From Octopus vulgaris (taxonomy: Eukaryota), in assembly GCA_951406725.2 (NCBI GenBank), contig OX597814.1:163556001-163620000 (forward strand): 64,000 bases of DNA, read 5' to 3'. The translations under genes and the position numbers were made by a program. This document shows positions 37,481 through 50,599 of the stretch, in pieces (position 1 is the stretch's first letter; each line of letters starts with the position of its first letter). The notes under the pieces were generated by a model that made no database searches, had not been told where the DNA came from, and saw nothing but the letters and a program-made list of their open reading frames with translations.

Positions 37481-39039
37481 GTATGTTGATAACAGATTTT
37501 GAATTTTAAAAATTATCTTCTCTCACACACAAACTTTATTGACACATGTTGCTCTGAAGTTAATGGATACCAATGTTATTTAATCTTTGATGTGAGTGTC
37601 TAGGGGTAACCTTTCTAGTAGTCCCCTCTAAACACCTCATAGATATAATAAATATCAGAATAAGAACATATTCTTTTGATGTATAATGTAAACAAGATCC
37701 ATCTCAACTAATGACTTGCTTTCCTATGTAGTGCATGTGGTACTCATCATCATCATCATCATTTAACGTCCGCTTTCCATGCTAGCATGGGTTGGACAGT
37801 TCAACTGGGGTCTGGAAAGCCAGGTGGCTGCACCAGGCCCAGTCTGATCTGGCAGTGTTTCTACAGCTGGATGCCCTTCCTAACGCCGCCCACTCTGTGA
37901 GTGTAGTGGGTGCTTTTTACATGCCACCGGCACAGGTGCCAGACAAGGCTGGCAATGACCACGATCGGATGGTGCTTTTTACGTGCCACCGTCACAGAGG
38001 CCAGTTGGGGCGGCGCTGGCAACAGCCACGTTTGGATGGTTCTCTTACGTGCCACCGGCACTGGTATCACAACTACAATTTCCATTGATTTTGATCGATT
38101 TCGATTTCGAGTACTATGTGTGTATAAAGGTTTGCTGAATTTGTTTTTGTGCTTGTTGCTATAGCCAACCAGATACTTGAAAGGAATTCATAGGTCAAGC
38201 AAACTTAGGATGCCAAACTTAATTGAACTTTATATCTTAGTTAACTTCATACAAATTATGGGTATGTGGGGATTTTGAATAGATATGTGAGTATTTTGAA
38301 TGGGTATGTGGGTATTTTGAAAATACTTCATAGAGTGAGAACTGTGCCTTGCATAGTTACAGGTTGCTCTTTGGCAAGGTATAGCACCCATTCATCCACC
38401 CTGCCAGGGATATAGCGAAGTTATGGAACTGCAGCTTGGTGGATTATGAAGAGGTAGCAGAAGAGCTCAGCTGAGCCAATGGTGCTTCTTACAATGATGC
38501 TGAGTAGAGTAATCTTTGAAGTTCAATATCAGAATCACTAAGCTCTATCAAGAGAGTAACTGCAACAGATACTATATTCTGTGAAAACTATTCTTACAAT
38601 ACCTAATTTGAAATAACCCACCAAGTACTTATACCACATCATATCTTTTTGAGCCAAGGCAGCCTCTATGTGGTCACTTAGCTTACTACAAATAGCAGCT
38701 AGATCTCTCAAATCATACTCCACTTCTTAGAAAAGACATGTTGGATTGTATGGCTTTTGACTTCTTGCATGTAGATAAAATACAAGAGGTTCACAATGGT
38801 TTGACTATAAATCTATTCAATCAGGGCTGACCAGGAGTTTAAACAACAATGGCTTTATCTCTTTTCTGTTGTACACATTTTTTATTTACAGAGTATTTAA
38901 AATTTTTCTTTCTTTCACACATAAAACAATACTTTGATTGAAATATAAAGATTTGTGTCTCCTGTGATATATTTTTTTTCTCTCTGGTTTCAGCTCAGAG
39001 CTGCAGCCATGCTGATGCACCGCCATTTATCTCCCTATA

Positions 39040-39191
39040 GTCAGCAGAAGTTCACCATTACTTTCTGCCAGAGCCGCATGGAGCTTAGGTGTTTTCGCTC
39101 ATAAACACACACATCGCCCGGTCTGAGATTTGAACCCGCGTTCCCTCGACTGCGAGTCTGCTGCTCTAACCACTAGACCATGTGCCTCCAC
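39040..39191 (-). mobile_element. 5' part of tRNA-derived SINE (related to 13915-14226)
   Basis: GTGGAGGCACATGGTCTAGTGGTTAGAGC...GGTTCAAATCTC...AAAACACCTAAGCTCCA. Confidence 0.75.
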
Positions 39192-39207
39192 AAAATGTTG
39201 TTTTACT

Positions 39208-39279
39208 AGGTTCTACTGGGATTTGAACTCAGATCGCTGGATTCAAAGTCCAGAGTTCTAACCATTACACCATAGAACC
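39208..39279 (-). tRNA. tRNA-Gln(TTG), possibly a pseudogene
   Basis: Minus strand GGTTCTATGGTGTAATGGTTAGAACTCTGGACTTTGAATCCAGCGATCTGAGTTCAAATCCCAGTAGAACCT: 72 nt, perfect 7-bp acceptor stem, CTGGA/TCCAG anticodon stem, A and B boxes, TTTT about 12 nt downstream; one mismatch each in D and T stems. Confidence 0.85.
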
Positions 39280-39734
39280 TCACGTTCTATGGTGTAATGT
39301 ATGAACTTATTCAAATTTTCAAATTTTATTCTCTATTTTTTCTGCTTGATTAGTTGCTCTTGTGTTTGAGAGCCACAAGATGTTAAATTAACAGAGTGAC
39401 ATGTTACTAACTAATAAGTTGGTGTTCATATCCCATCATTAGCACTTCTTTATATCCATTCTGTTCAAAAGCCCCCTCCATAGAAGATAAAAATAACAGA
39501 AGAGTACAACTCACCACCGTGAAACTGAAGAGTTATTTACTTGGCTGTAGACATGTTGATTAGCACCAAGTCAAACTTGCTGAGTCAGAGCAATGGTCAA
39601 ATATCTTCCAGCCATAACCATACCTTCATTTTTTTCAGGCAGTGGATGTAAGATCACAATATCTAATACAACCTATTTTTTTTTAACAACAATGAGATGT
39701 GATACAAAGGAGATTTAGATTATATGTCTTACAG

Positions 39735-40190
39735 ATCTTCCCTGGGCATGGATACATTGAAACTCGAACGTCTGGCAGCTGACTTGGCAGACACCCATAA
39801 GATTATTAACCATCTTACTAACAATAACTCTGAGCACCTTTTCAAACTCCATCTGTCTAACACCCGTGGACATATTTACAAAGTCAGAAAACAGCACAGC
39901 TCCCATGACTTCAGGAAACATTTTTTCACGCTGAGAGTTGCTGAAACATGGAACAAACTGCCGGCATCAGTTGTTAGCTGTCGGAGCACTGCATCCTTCA
40001 AAACTTCCATGCTTCCTGAGATTCGCCAACACTACACCTGATTTTCTCCCCTCCATACACATGCAAGAATGTATCTGACTCATACACTGTTCACTTTCCA
40101 GACATTTTTACATAAGTGCATATTCTTTATACACACTTTTGACAAGTTGTGGTGCACCTGAGCACTGTATACAATAATTTCATTATTATA
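39735..40190 (+). mobile_element. CR1-type LINE 3' end, same family as 6215-7143
   Basis: TRGHIYKV...FFTLRVAETWNKLP; matching 3' UTR end. Confidence 0.87.
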
Positions 40191-41335
40191 TAAAGGATTT
40201 TTCATTGGATTTATGTGAGTTTGACTTGGAGTGGGATAGCTTATGATGAGATGCCTTGTCATAAATACTTATGTAAATATGATGCCATTAATGGAGTCCC
40301 TGTGGCTTAATGTGTGAGGGCATGCAGCTGTCACTGAAAGTTCTAGGCGTCTGTTGTCATAGGAACCATGTAGTTAGTAAAAATACTTTGAATCACTGCT
40401 GTAAGCAGTAGTGGTCTGGTAAACTAACCATAGATTTCTCTTGGTGAACGCTCATCCTCAATTTAGTAAAGACCACTTCTCAATGACTGATCTTCTTCTT
40501 GAGAGCTAAAAAATAATTCAACCCTCAACAACTATTAACCTTCTAGAAGGTCCAGGTGGAACCCACAGTGTTCTCATACCTGGAATAGAGCTGTTTCTTC
40601 TATGATGTTCAAAGAGAGATCACTTGGTTGCTGTGAAGTCAATCCTAAGCACACATCATCCTGGCCTTTTCTCTCTGCCTTTTCTGTCATCAGTACAGTG
40701 GCCACTGCTCTATGGAAATAGCTGGTTGCATACCACTTTCATCCAAACACTTACAACTCACTTATCCCTCTTCCTCTCATTATTCATATTGCCTGCATCT
40801 CCATAGGTCTTACACAATCCATTATGCCCATTTCCAGGGGGATATTATCAGTTTTGGAGAGCCTGTGGAGGCTATGGGCATAACCTCTTCTCTTAGTCCA
40901 AACAAATAAAAAAACAAAATCTCATAGATTTCAAATTGTATGGCTTTACTACTTCATTATTATGATGGTAAAAGTATTTTTTTTTAATGTCAGGTCACAC
41001 ACAATTCAGGACACATGTAGTCTGATACAACCTGTTGCATGATCAGATCATTGGCAATGAAACCAGCTCTCCCACTAAGTAAAGTCCATCCAATGTATAT
41101 CTACATAATTTTGTCAACCCAATTTCTCTCACAATGAGTAGAGTGACCAAAGGCTATGGTGAAAGACTGTCATGCAGTGGAATTGAACTTTGAATTACTT
41201 GATTGCAAACTGAATGCCTTTGTCACACAACTATGCCAGTAACTGTATTTATTGGAAAAACAAAATAACAACAAAACAGAATTCCAACAGAGTTATTTAG
41301 TGTTTATTTTCTTATTCATTGTTTTGTTTGTCTAG

Positions 41336-41473
41336 CTGGAAGTCCGATTGTCTAATATGGAGAAACAGCTGATGGAGAAGGATCTCCTTATAAAGCAAGT
41401 GACTCATCTTCTGGAAAGAACTAAACATAAGGCTGATACAGGAAAAGATGATACATTGAAGCTTGCTAAAAGT
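41336..41473 (+). CDS. CCDC146: CCDC146 exon 15, LEVRLSNMEKQLMEKDLL...DTLKLAKS
   Basis: tgtctag acceptor, AGT|gtatgt donor, 138 nt. Confidence 0.92.
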
Positions 41474-42241
41474 GTATGTTTAAAAAATAATTATCTGTAA
41501 TGAATTTACAGTTGTGCCTTGTTCTTTACTCTTTGTAATTATATTATAGGATATATTCATATGTATATGTTTAGTTCAGCATTAGACCAAGCATTTAAAA
41601 TATGATTTTCAACTGCATATTTTTTAAATCTTTGTCTCTCCAGCATCACCCAAATGCTACAATTTCATTCAATCTTTCCAAATTTCCATATCAACAACAA
41701 CAACAAAAAGAGATTCTATTTAAAATAAAGAATATTGGCTTTATATTTGTCAGTTCCATAGCTTTTTTAAGATCCCCCTTGTCAAGTTGGGGTTAGAATG
41801 ACTGAGATAGGTTAGTGGAAATAATGCTCAATGCAAAATGTTTGGAGTTTCTCAGCTATTCAGTTCTGAAGATGAATAAACAACCAAACAATCAAATGAT
41901 TTCTGTAGAATGAGACACAGTGATGGTGAGGTGACTATTTGTCAAGGATTTACTTTACACATTTATATTAAAATTTCCTTTTGAATACTTAACCCAATTT
42001 GTCTAAACTGAATAAACTGTTAATACCTTGTATTTTACAAATGCAGTGGAATCATAGAAAAGGTGGAGAGCCAAAGTGAGTTCTTTGCAGTATTTAGTTT
42101 CATCTGCTCATGAGTTCAGTCTTATTGAGGGAACCTTTGCTGTTTAGCCATCAGTGGTTGTTAATTTGTACAGACTATTCTTCTCCTTTTCACGTTTAAG
42201 TCTTTGTTCCAATATGAGAAATGAAGTATTTTATATTTTAG

Positions 42242-42490
42242 ATCAATGACATGCAGCGCAAGATTAAAGAAACTACTCGCAAAATGATGTCTATGACTGC
42301 TGAGCTGTCCATGAACCAAGCAAATGCAATGATGTTAAATCATGAACTGAAACAACAAGAAGACTTAGTAGGACAGTGTTATGCCCGAATGGCACAAGGA
42401 GAAGCACCATCTGAGGCAATGGAACAGGAATGGTTGAGAAAGAAAAATGATGAACAACAGCAAAAGAATAGATTGCTAGAACAGCAATTG
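42242..42490 (+). CDS. CCDC146: CCDC146 exon 16, INDMQRKIKETTRKMMSMTAELSMNQA...LLEQQL
   Basis: ttttag acceptor, TTG|gtgagt donor, 249 nt; KMM...AELSM motif. Confidence 0.94.
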
Positions 42491-43057
42491 GTGAGTTGTG
42501 GTTGTATACATATTGGTTTAAACTGAAAGTAATGGAAGCTGGATTTGATCTAAAATAAGTTAGTAGTTTGGAATCAGTCCTTATGGTCCAACAGTAAGGA
42601 ATCATAGTGGTCCTAGTAATGGGACAAATAGAAACTTAGTTTCTAAACAATACAACCAGGTTGTATAAAAATGGCATTGGGTTTTTTCAAAATGATTAGT
42701 AATGAGCCAGTCCTACTGGAACAACAAGTAAGGTTTTAGTGAGACTTGAAAAAACTAGATACGGTTTCAAATTTCTGGCAACTTTTTACTTTCAAACTTC
42801 TTATTTTTTTATTTTTTATCTCATTTGGGAGTTATCAAAAACCAGATAATGTTCATTTTGTTTTACTACTGGTCCAAAAATATATTTTCACACATATTTT
42901 CTATATTTTTGAAATGTGGTCGTTGAATCAAACAATTGGATTTGTGTATAAAAGTGCTTCTGGAATATTACAAAAAACATCATTGTAGAAATGAAACATT
43001 GAATGTCTACCCTTAGTTTAGTCCTAATGTTTATAATAATCTAGAGCAACTAATAGT

Positions 43058-43415
43058 TGGGCCAGTGGACTCGTGGTTGTAGGATCACAGTTGTGATTCC
43101 CAGACTGGGTGTTGTGAGTGTTTATTGAACAAAAACAACAAAAGCTCCACAAGGCCCCAGTAGAGGGTGGTGACGAACTCTGCTATACTCTTTCACCACA
43201 ACTTTCTCTCACTATATCTTCCTGTTTCTGTTGTACCTGTATTCCAAAGGGCCAGCCTTGTCACACTCTGTGTTATGCTGAATCTCCCCGAGAACTATGT
43301 TAAGGGTACACATGTCTGTGGAGTGCTCAGCCACTTACACGTTAATTTCATGAGCAGGCTGTTCTGTTGATCAGATCAACTGGAGCCCTCGTCATTGTAA
43401 CAGACAGAGTGCCAT
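43058..43415 (+). mobile_element. SINE sharing its 5' half with 13915-14226 but with a different 3' half
   Basis: Collinear up to cttcctgtttct, unrelated afterwards. Confidence 0.65.
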
Positions 43416-43791
43416 AAGAGCAACCAACAGAGTACTTGTTGAATTGTTACCTCATTGCTAATTTTAACCATTTAGCATTTAAAATAGTCATATCAGGCCC
43501 TAATATTTTGCCCGTTCTATGTTTGAACTAGCTAGATCTGACCTCTCATACCTGTCCTACATTGTTATTCTAAAAATAAAGAATATCATCATCAAAATAT
43601 TGAAGCTACGCCAGGAAAAGCTAATTTACTGTGGTAATAATACTAAGTATGATACACAGATGGTTATTTTAAACTAATACTGCTTCTGTTACACATAACT
43701 GATATATGTGTGTGTATGTATGTATAGCTTAGGAGAAGAATATATGAACACGGGTAAAAGGTAGAAAGTGTAAGTGTAAAAGTATAAATAT

Positions 43792-44399
43792 AGAGCTCTT
43801 ACCCCTGCTGGTGACAAAAGGCCTCTCGCTCAGAGTAAAAGGCAGACTGTATGATGCATGTGTACGTACAGCCATGCTACATGGTAGTGAAACATGGGCC
43901 GTGACTGCTGAGGATATGCGTAAGCTCGCAAGAAATGAAGCCAGTATGCTCCGATGGATGTGTAATGTCAGTGTTCATAATCGACAGAGTGTAAGTACCT
44001 TGAGAGAAAAGTTGGACCTAAGAAGCATCAGTTGTGGTGTGCAAGAGAGACGGCTGCGCTGGTATGGTCGTGTGACGAGAATGGCTGAAGATAGTTGTGT
44101 GCAAAAGTGCTACACCCTAGCAGTTGAGGGAACCTGTGGAAGAGGTAGACCCAGGAAAACCTGGGACGAGGTGGTGAAGCACGACCTTCGAACTTTAGGT
44201 CTCACCAAGGAAATGACTAGAGACCGAGACCTATGGAAGTATGCTGTGCGTGAGAAGACCCGGCAAGACTAGTGAGGCCATAACCCGTGGCCCCTACCTG
44301 GCCTGGTGCAGCCTTCGGGCTCCCCAGACCCCAGTTGAACCGTCCAACCCATGCTAGCATGGAAAGCGGACGTTAAACGATGATGATGATGATGATGAT
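43792..44399 (+). mobile_element. 5'-truncated RTE LINE with deleted 3' UTR
   Basis: Intact ORF C-terminus 43811-44272; UTR jumps at cctgg to the terminal tail. Confidence 0.9.
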
Positions 44400-45857
44400 A
44401 TATATACACACACACACGTAAAAATATATATACATAAAATACATCTACATCTGAATGTTTACACAAATACATATATTTAAATACTTATTCATACACATAA
44501 TATACACATACATATGTGAAAACATATGCACAGACATACATGTATATGTACACACACATGTCTAAATATACAAATGCATGCAAAGCAACATACAAATATA
44601 CATAAATTCTTTGCTATACTTGTTGCCAACCCTCACCTTACTAACAGCATCCCTGTACATGGCTTGTACAGCTCTCACCAACCACTCATCTATCCTATTA
44701 TTCCTTTTAATTAGTTGAAATTCCTATTTCTGGATATATTCTGTTCATTTTTACTTGCTTTTACATATAGTTTTCCTTGTTTTTTTTTATATAATTATTA
44801 ATTATAGTTTAGTCCACTGTTGAGATATGCCTCCATGAGCAGCCAGCCTACACTGTTACTTTAAAATCAGTTACTCAATCAAATTCAATTGCTTATTCAT
44901 TGAACTGTAGTGGCTATATTGTATTATATTATCTCTGTCACTCTCTAACCTTTCATCATCTGACACAAGATCACCTCCTCCAATGCCCCTTCCCCTCTCA
45001 AAAGATCATTGTCTTGCAAAATACTTGGTGACCCTGCCAGTGCTGGTGCCATGTAAAAAGCATTCAGTCCACACTGAAAAGTGGTTGGTGTTTGGAAGGG
45101 CATCCAGCTGTAAAAACCATGCCAAAACTAACCTCACCTGTGCTGGTGCTACATAAAAAGCACTTAGTCCACTCTGCAGGGTGGTTAGTGTAAGGAAGGC
45201 TATCTAATTGTAAAAACTGTGCCAAATCAGACACAGAAGTCTGATGCAGTCTTCTGCCTGGCCAGCTCCTGTCAAACTGTCCAGCTCATGCCAGCATGGA
45301 AGGCAGATGTTAAACAATGATGATGTTGATAATGATATATTATATTACATGTACCCCTACAATTATTTATTCTGAATCAACACAACTATCTGACAAACAA
45401 TCTTGTGAACTCTGAGTAACAGTTTGTGAAGATATTTTTCAGTTTTAATAGATAGTATATAGTTTCTATCTCCCAAGTTCCACTCATAGTATTGGTAAAC
45501 TATATAGACTATAGTATTTGCCTAAGGCACTGTACAGTGAGTTTAGACCCAAAACTACATGTTTGCAGAGTAAACATTTTAACTATACAACCAGCCATGT
45601 CCCTTATTTATATTTGTAAAAATTAAAATTTTAAAATATCCATTAATTTTATCTAAATTAATGGGTAGCATTATCCCACAAACACAATTAGCTTTTCTAG
45701 TTAGTGATTTGTGCTGGTCTGTTTCTGTTGGATGTTTCTGTGAACTGGGTTTTTTTTTCTTATTTACAGCAGAATTTATTGCTGTCAAGGTTTTGTTTAA
45801 ACAATAACATTCTTAACATTATCATTTAACGTCAACAATCATATGAATTTATTTCAG

Positions 45858-46061
45858 TTGGAGGAAGAAGACACAAACCTCAGAAAAGCTGGAAGTACTT
45901 TCACAACAGCAGAACAAAGACCAAATGCCTATATGCCAGATATTGGCTGTGATCTTCCTGTTCCAAGGCCTTATGGCAAACATGCACCATTTAAACCAAC
46001 AGAACCTGGTTCAAATATTCGACACATTCGTAAACCAAACCCAGTAATTCTTGATATCTAA
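45858..46061 (+). CDS. CCDC146: CCDC146 terminal coding exon, LEEEDT...[14 protein letters not shown]
   Basis: tttcag acceptor, TAA at 46059-46061, signature C-terminal motif. Confidence 0.96.
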   Translation: MEEEDTNLRKAGSTFTTAEQRPNAYMPDIGCDLPVPRPYGKHAPFKPTEPGSNIRHIRKPNPVILDI

Positions 46062-46142
46062 ACAAACATTTAATTTTGAAATGTCTCTATAGTCACTATA
46101 TATATTACTTTATCAAATAGTATATATATACACTACATATTG

Positions 46143-46148
46143 AATAAA
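46143..46148 (+). promoter_or_regulatory. candidate polyadenylation signal of CCDC146
   Basis: AATAAA about 80 nt after the stop codon; AT-rich context makes chance occurrence possible. Confidence 0.5.
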
Positions 46149-49100
46149 ATCATAGAATTCTATTCTTGAAATGAACAAGAACAAGAAGGATTATATTATT
46201 AAAGCTTTAAAGGTACCTTATTAAATCATTAAATATTAAAAATAGTGAGTGTGTATTATTGCAAATTTATTGTAGATGAAAGTAGTTTTGGGACTAATTG
46301 ATTCTCTCTACATAAACTACAACACACTGGGAGCCACTTTGTGGTGGCTTGCTTTATTAGAAATAATAGCCAAATATCTCTCAAATCACACTCTATGACT
46401 ATAAAAAGAAAGATGGGAGGGCACATTGAATTTGTTGTCCTAGATACACCATTCCTGTGAACATACATTTTAACAAAGCATGCAAAAGTTGACATAGACA
46501 TATCAACTGCGTTCCTATGTATATACTTGTTTATGTACACTTTATACATATTTTCTTTTGTGATATCGCTCCATCAGTTACTTGGACATGCACATGCATA
46601 TAAGCAGAATAATTTGTTACCTTTGTTCCTGCACCTGAAGAAATGTAATACTTGCCATGTTATATTATCATTTCCAGAAATACAGTTCATAAAGGCTGAA
46701 ATCAGTTAAAATCAAATGAAGAAAAATAAAATAAGACAAAACTATAAAGTGCAGGGGAAAGAAAATATAGGGCTAGAGGATGTTTTGAGGGTTATATGAA
46801 ATTGTCTTATGGAATAGGTCAGGCATGCTTCAGGAAAAGCTGTAGAAATAAGGCAAAATATTTCAAAGAGGTTTGCATCAGGGTTTATCAATTACTCAGT
46901 GTTAGAGACTTTGCCTCACAGGTAGACCTAAAAATAATGCATGGGTAGAAAGTTATAAGGTCTTAACTTATCGCCATTATAGTATGGATGATGGGTATAC
47001 TCCCGAAGGATCTAGACGTATTCAGTCTTTTCCAGCAAAGTCAATGTTCAAATGTAGGACTCCTAGAACAGTTATTTAACTACATGTCACTTGGGCAATA
47101 GGTTAATGATCCTAAGATAACTCTGGAATGTTCTGAAGTAATAAAGATGAGTTTGCATATAGCATCATAGTTTATACCTCTTTGGAGTTAGAAAACATGG
47201 ATAGTGAGGTGACACTGAAGTTGGCTTGAACTATTGGAACTCTCTGAAGATGCCTCTTTATTCCTCTAAGGAATTCTTAAGCCCTAGTGTCAGATCCAAT
47301 TGGTTTACAAAAAGATAGGTATATATAGCAGTGTTGTTACACCAATGTAGGTCTATCCCCATGTTGTACTTCTTAGTATATTATTTAACATCCACCAACT
47401 TATAAAATTCTCAAGAATGCCTTCTGTATATAAAAACAAGTAGTGGAGGGAATTCTAATAAACTAAATATAGTAAGCCTAGAAAATTTTTATTAATTAAA
47501 ATTGCACTTGCACTAGTTGGGTAAAAAAAGAAAAAGAAAGTCATTATCTTAATTCACTCTAGTCATAAAATATAAGGGAGACAAGTCCTGAAATTAAATT
47601 AGATATAGAATGCAGTGCAGTAAAGATTTAAGATATGCTTTGATGTTATTAGATATCATCTGTGAGGCATTAACTATTATTGCAGGTCTTAGTTTGATTT
47701 GAAAGGTGACTTGCCAAGTGTGGCAATTTTTTTTTTTTATCAAAATTAAGTCAAGTTGACACTGTTTGGCAGATTGGTGAAAGCTTCATGAAATTAGGTA
47801 ATTTTCTCTAACTTACATGGCTAAAAAAACAATTTTCAAATATATTGCTTTGTTTACATGAAATTTAACCTGATGATGATGCTTTCTAATGGTGAATTTT
47901 TATGTCCACATAGAGTAGGCTCAAGATAATTTCAGACAATGTTGTTCTATTGATATGATTTCATTGAGGCTCTTAAGTCAGCAATATTAGCTCAGTACTA
48001 GATGTACTCATGACCCATTGGGTCACAACCACTCCAAGTTGAAAATGTCAATGTGTGGCAGCAAAGGAAAAGACACTATTTTGAACTTCATGCAATAAAA
48101 TTCTTAAATAATAGAGATCTCCTGGCTTTAGTGTGACAAAATAAACACAACCAAGTGTTTCTTCTTTGAAAATGTTCAAATGGCCTTCAACTTTTTTCCT
48201 CACTTTCTTCTTTGCCATTCTCTGTTACTACTGTTCCAAGTGAAATACATGGGTATTTCAGCATAAAGTAATGTTTTTGCAAAGTCATCATTGATGTACA
48301 ATGAAAAGAATTCTGTACACTATGCACCTGTTCAGACAATATCACTTTAGTAGAGGAAGTGAGCTAATGTACAGCACATACATTTGATCATTATAAACAA
48401 ATCATTGTGCAAGATGTTCAACAAGAAATTGCTGAATAGTCTTTTTTGGACTATGACAGACTACCGCCATAAAGATTTTTAAAAATCATTACTAACTAAG
48501 AGAAAATTATCTGTCTTGCACATAATTCCAGCATGCTATACTATCGTCCTTGCTAACTCAGCAAGTAAACATGACAACAGCACCAGACACATTTCACTGC
48601 TGAAAAACATTCCAAGATCTTGCAGGCGTGAAGTGTATTCGATCTACTATAGCCAAATTTAAATTAACAGTGCAACAGAACTTTTCTCACGGTGGAACGA
48701 TGGTTTTTCTCTGACAGCAGTTTTACATTTGCCAGATTGCCTTTAGTTAAGCCAAAATGATGTCTTCACCACTTGATCCTTATAACCTCTTCTACTTTGC
48801 CAAAAGCTAGAATAGTGAGATATCACAGTACCACCAATGAAGCCCATTGTTCTCAACGATATGTCTATCCTTCTGGATAGTTATAAAAGCAAGAACCTCC
48901 AAGCAAAAACCAAGTAGTCACTTGGTGACAATTGAGCGAAGCGGCTCGTGACAACTCAGTTAGGGAATGGACTGCTAGAATCATGATCACAAGGAAGGCA
49001 GCTACTAAAGGCAATGGTCAGCGAGAGAAATGAAATTTAGTCAGCAACTGTGAGACAACGTCCCACAACCATACAACTTTCACTAGCCCTAATTCTGTTC

Positions 49101-49907
49101 TCTTACAACATCATTCTATCACTATCTGTAGATTGCAACTAACACCGTGTACACAAAACTATACAAAAATATTCTACCACAACTAACTTTCTTTTGCATG
49201 CTCTCAGATGTCATAACCTGCCCGTCGAGGTGAGGTATTTTTCAATGTAACGGTAAATAAATACTTTTTTAAAACTTCATGCATTGTTCACCTTTCACAT
49301 CCTTCAACATGCCGTTATAACAAACAATTTTTATCGTTACAACTGCTGACTCCAACATTTCATATTATTGTTTACTAATTAATATCACCCGTTACATTTA
49401 TATATTATAGCCTCAGGCCGACAAAAAGTCTTGTGAGTGGATTTCGTACACGGAAACTGAAAGAAGACTGTTGTATATATATGTGTGTATATTTGTGTGT
49501 GTGTGTGTGTGTATCCCCACCATTGCTTGACAACCAATGTTGTTATGTTTACGTTCGCATAAGTTAGCGGTTCAGCAAATTACACTGATAGAATAAGTAC
49601 TAAATTTACAAAGAATAAATCCTGTGGTCGATTTGTTCGACCAACGATGGTGCTCCAGCATGGCCACAGTCACATGACTGAAACCAGTAAAACAAAAAAA
49701 AAAAAAAAAACTATGCCATTTTAATCCCGAGCAAGGCCAGGTGTCTCTGCCAGTACTTAATAAAATGAACATATATCATCTTGCTCTTTCTTTCGTCTCT
49801 AAAATTTGTTATGTTAATGTATTTCAGTATTATGTATACCTGTAATGCAGGTATACATAATGTGAAAAAAATCAACATAGAACAAGTGAACCACGACGCA
49901 GCCTGCA

Positions 49908-49921
49908 GTTGTCATGGTAAC
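49908..49921. promoter_or_regulatory. RFX X-box GTTGTC-AT-GGTAAC, with a second imperfect box (49924-49937) and a reverse CCAAT box near 49949
   Basis: Close match to the palindromic RFX consensus in non-repetitive sequence. Confidence 0.55.
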
Positions 49922-50127
49922 AAGTTGCTAATGTCACGCTGTCTGTTGATTGGCCCAAATTATCCATATTTCCCAACTTTAATTCCAAATAACATCAGAT
50001 TCTTTAATTTACGAGATAAAGTAATTCGTTGATTGTAATCAAACGTAAGAGTTGTATCGATACACCAAAATTGAAAGCAATTTGAGCAAAATTAAAAGGC
50101 TGCTCATTTTGCGTATGAAAGACCTTA

Positions 50128-50523
50128 GACGCAGGAGTGGCTGTTTGGTAAGTAGCTTGCTAACCAACCACATGGTTCCGGGTTCAGTCCCACTGTGTGG
50201 CATCTTGGGCACGTGTCTTCTGCTATAGCCCCGGGCCGACCAATGCCTCGTGAGTGGATTTGGTAGATGGAAACTGAAAGAAGCCTGTCGTATATATGTA
50301 TATATATATATGTGTGTGTTTGTGTGTCTGTGTTTGTTCCCCTAGCATTGCTTGACAACCGATGCTGGTGTGTTTACGTCCCTGTCACTTAGCGGTTCGG
50401 CAAAAGAGACCGATAGAATAAGTATTGGGCTTACAAAGAATAAGTCCCGGGGTCGAGTTGCTCGACTAAAGGCGGTGCTCCAGCATGGCCGCAGTCAAAT
50501 GACTGAAACAAGTAAAAAGAGTA
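50128..50523 (+). mobile_element. full-length CORE-type tRNA SINE
   Basis: Near-identical to 23677-24095; a decayed copy lies at about 49405-49700. Confidence 0.88.
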
Positions 50524-50599
50524 AAAAAAAAAAAAAAAAAGTAGATCCAAGCTGGCTCCCAAACCAACAAATACCATTCCATTAACACGAAAATATTAG

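Noticed and set aside
40380-40830. Possible Jockey-like LINE 3' remnant
   Set aside because: Only a short motif (GHCSMEIAGCIP) is recognisable; too decayed to bound.
46700-49150. Possible decayed Penelope or LINE fragments
   Set aside because: Only a faint YIG-like trace near 47340; cannot be supported without a profile search.
49208-49229. 22-nt micro-exon with good splice signals
   Set aside because: No gene model it fits; may be chance or non-coding.
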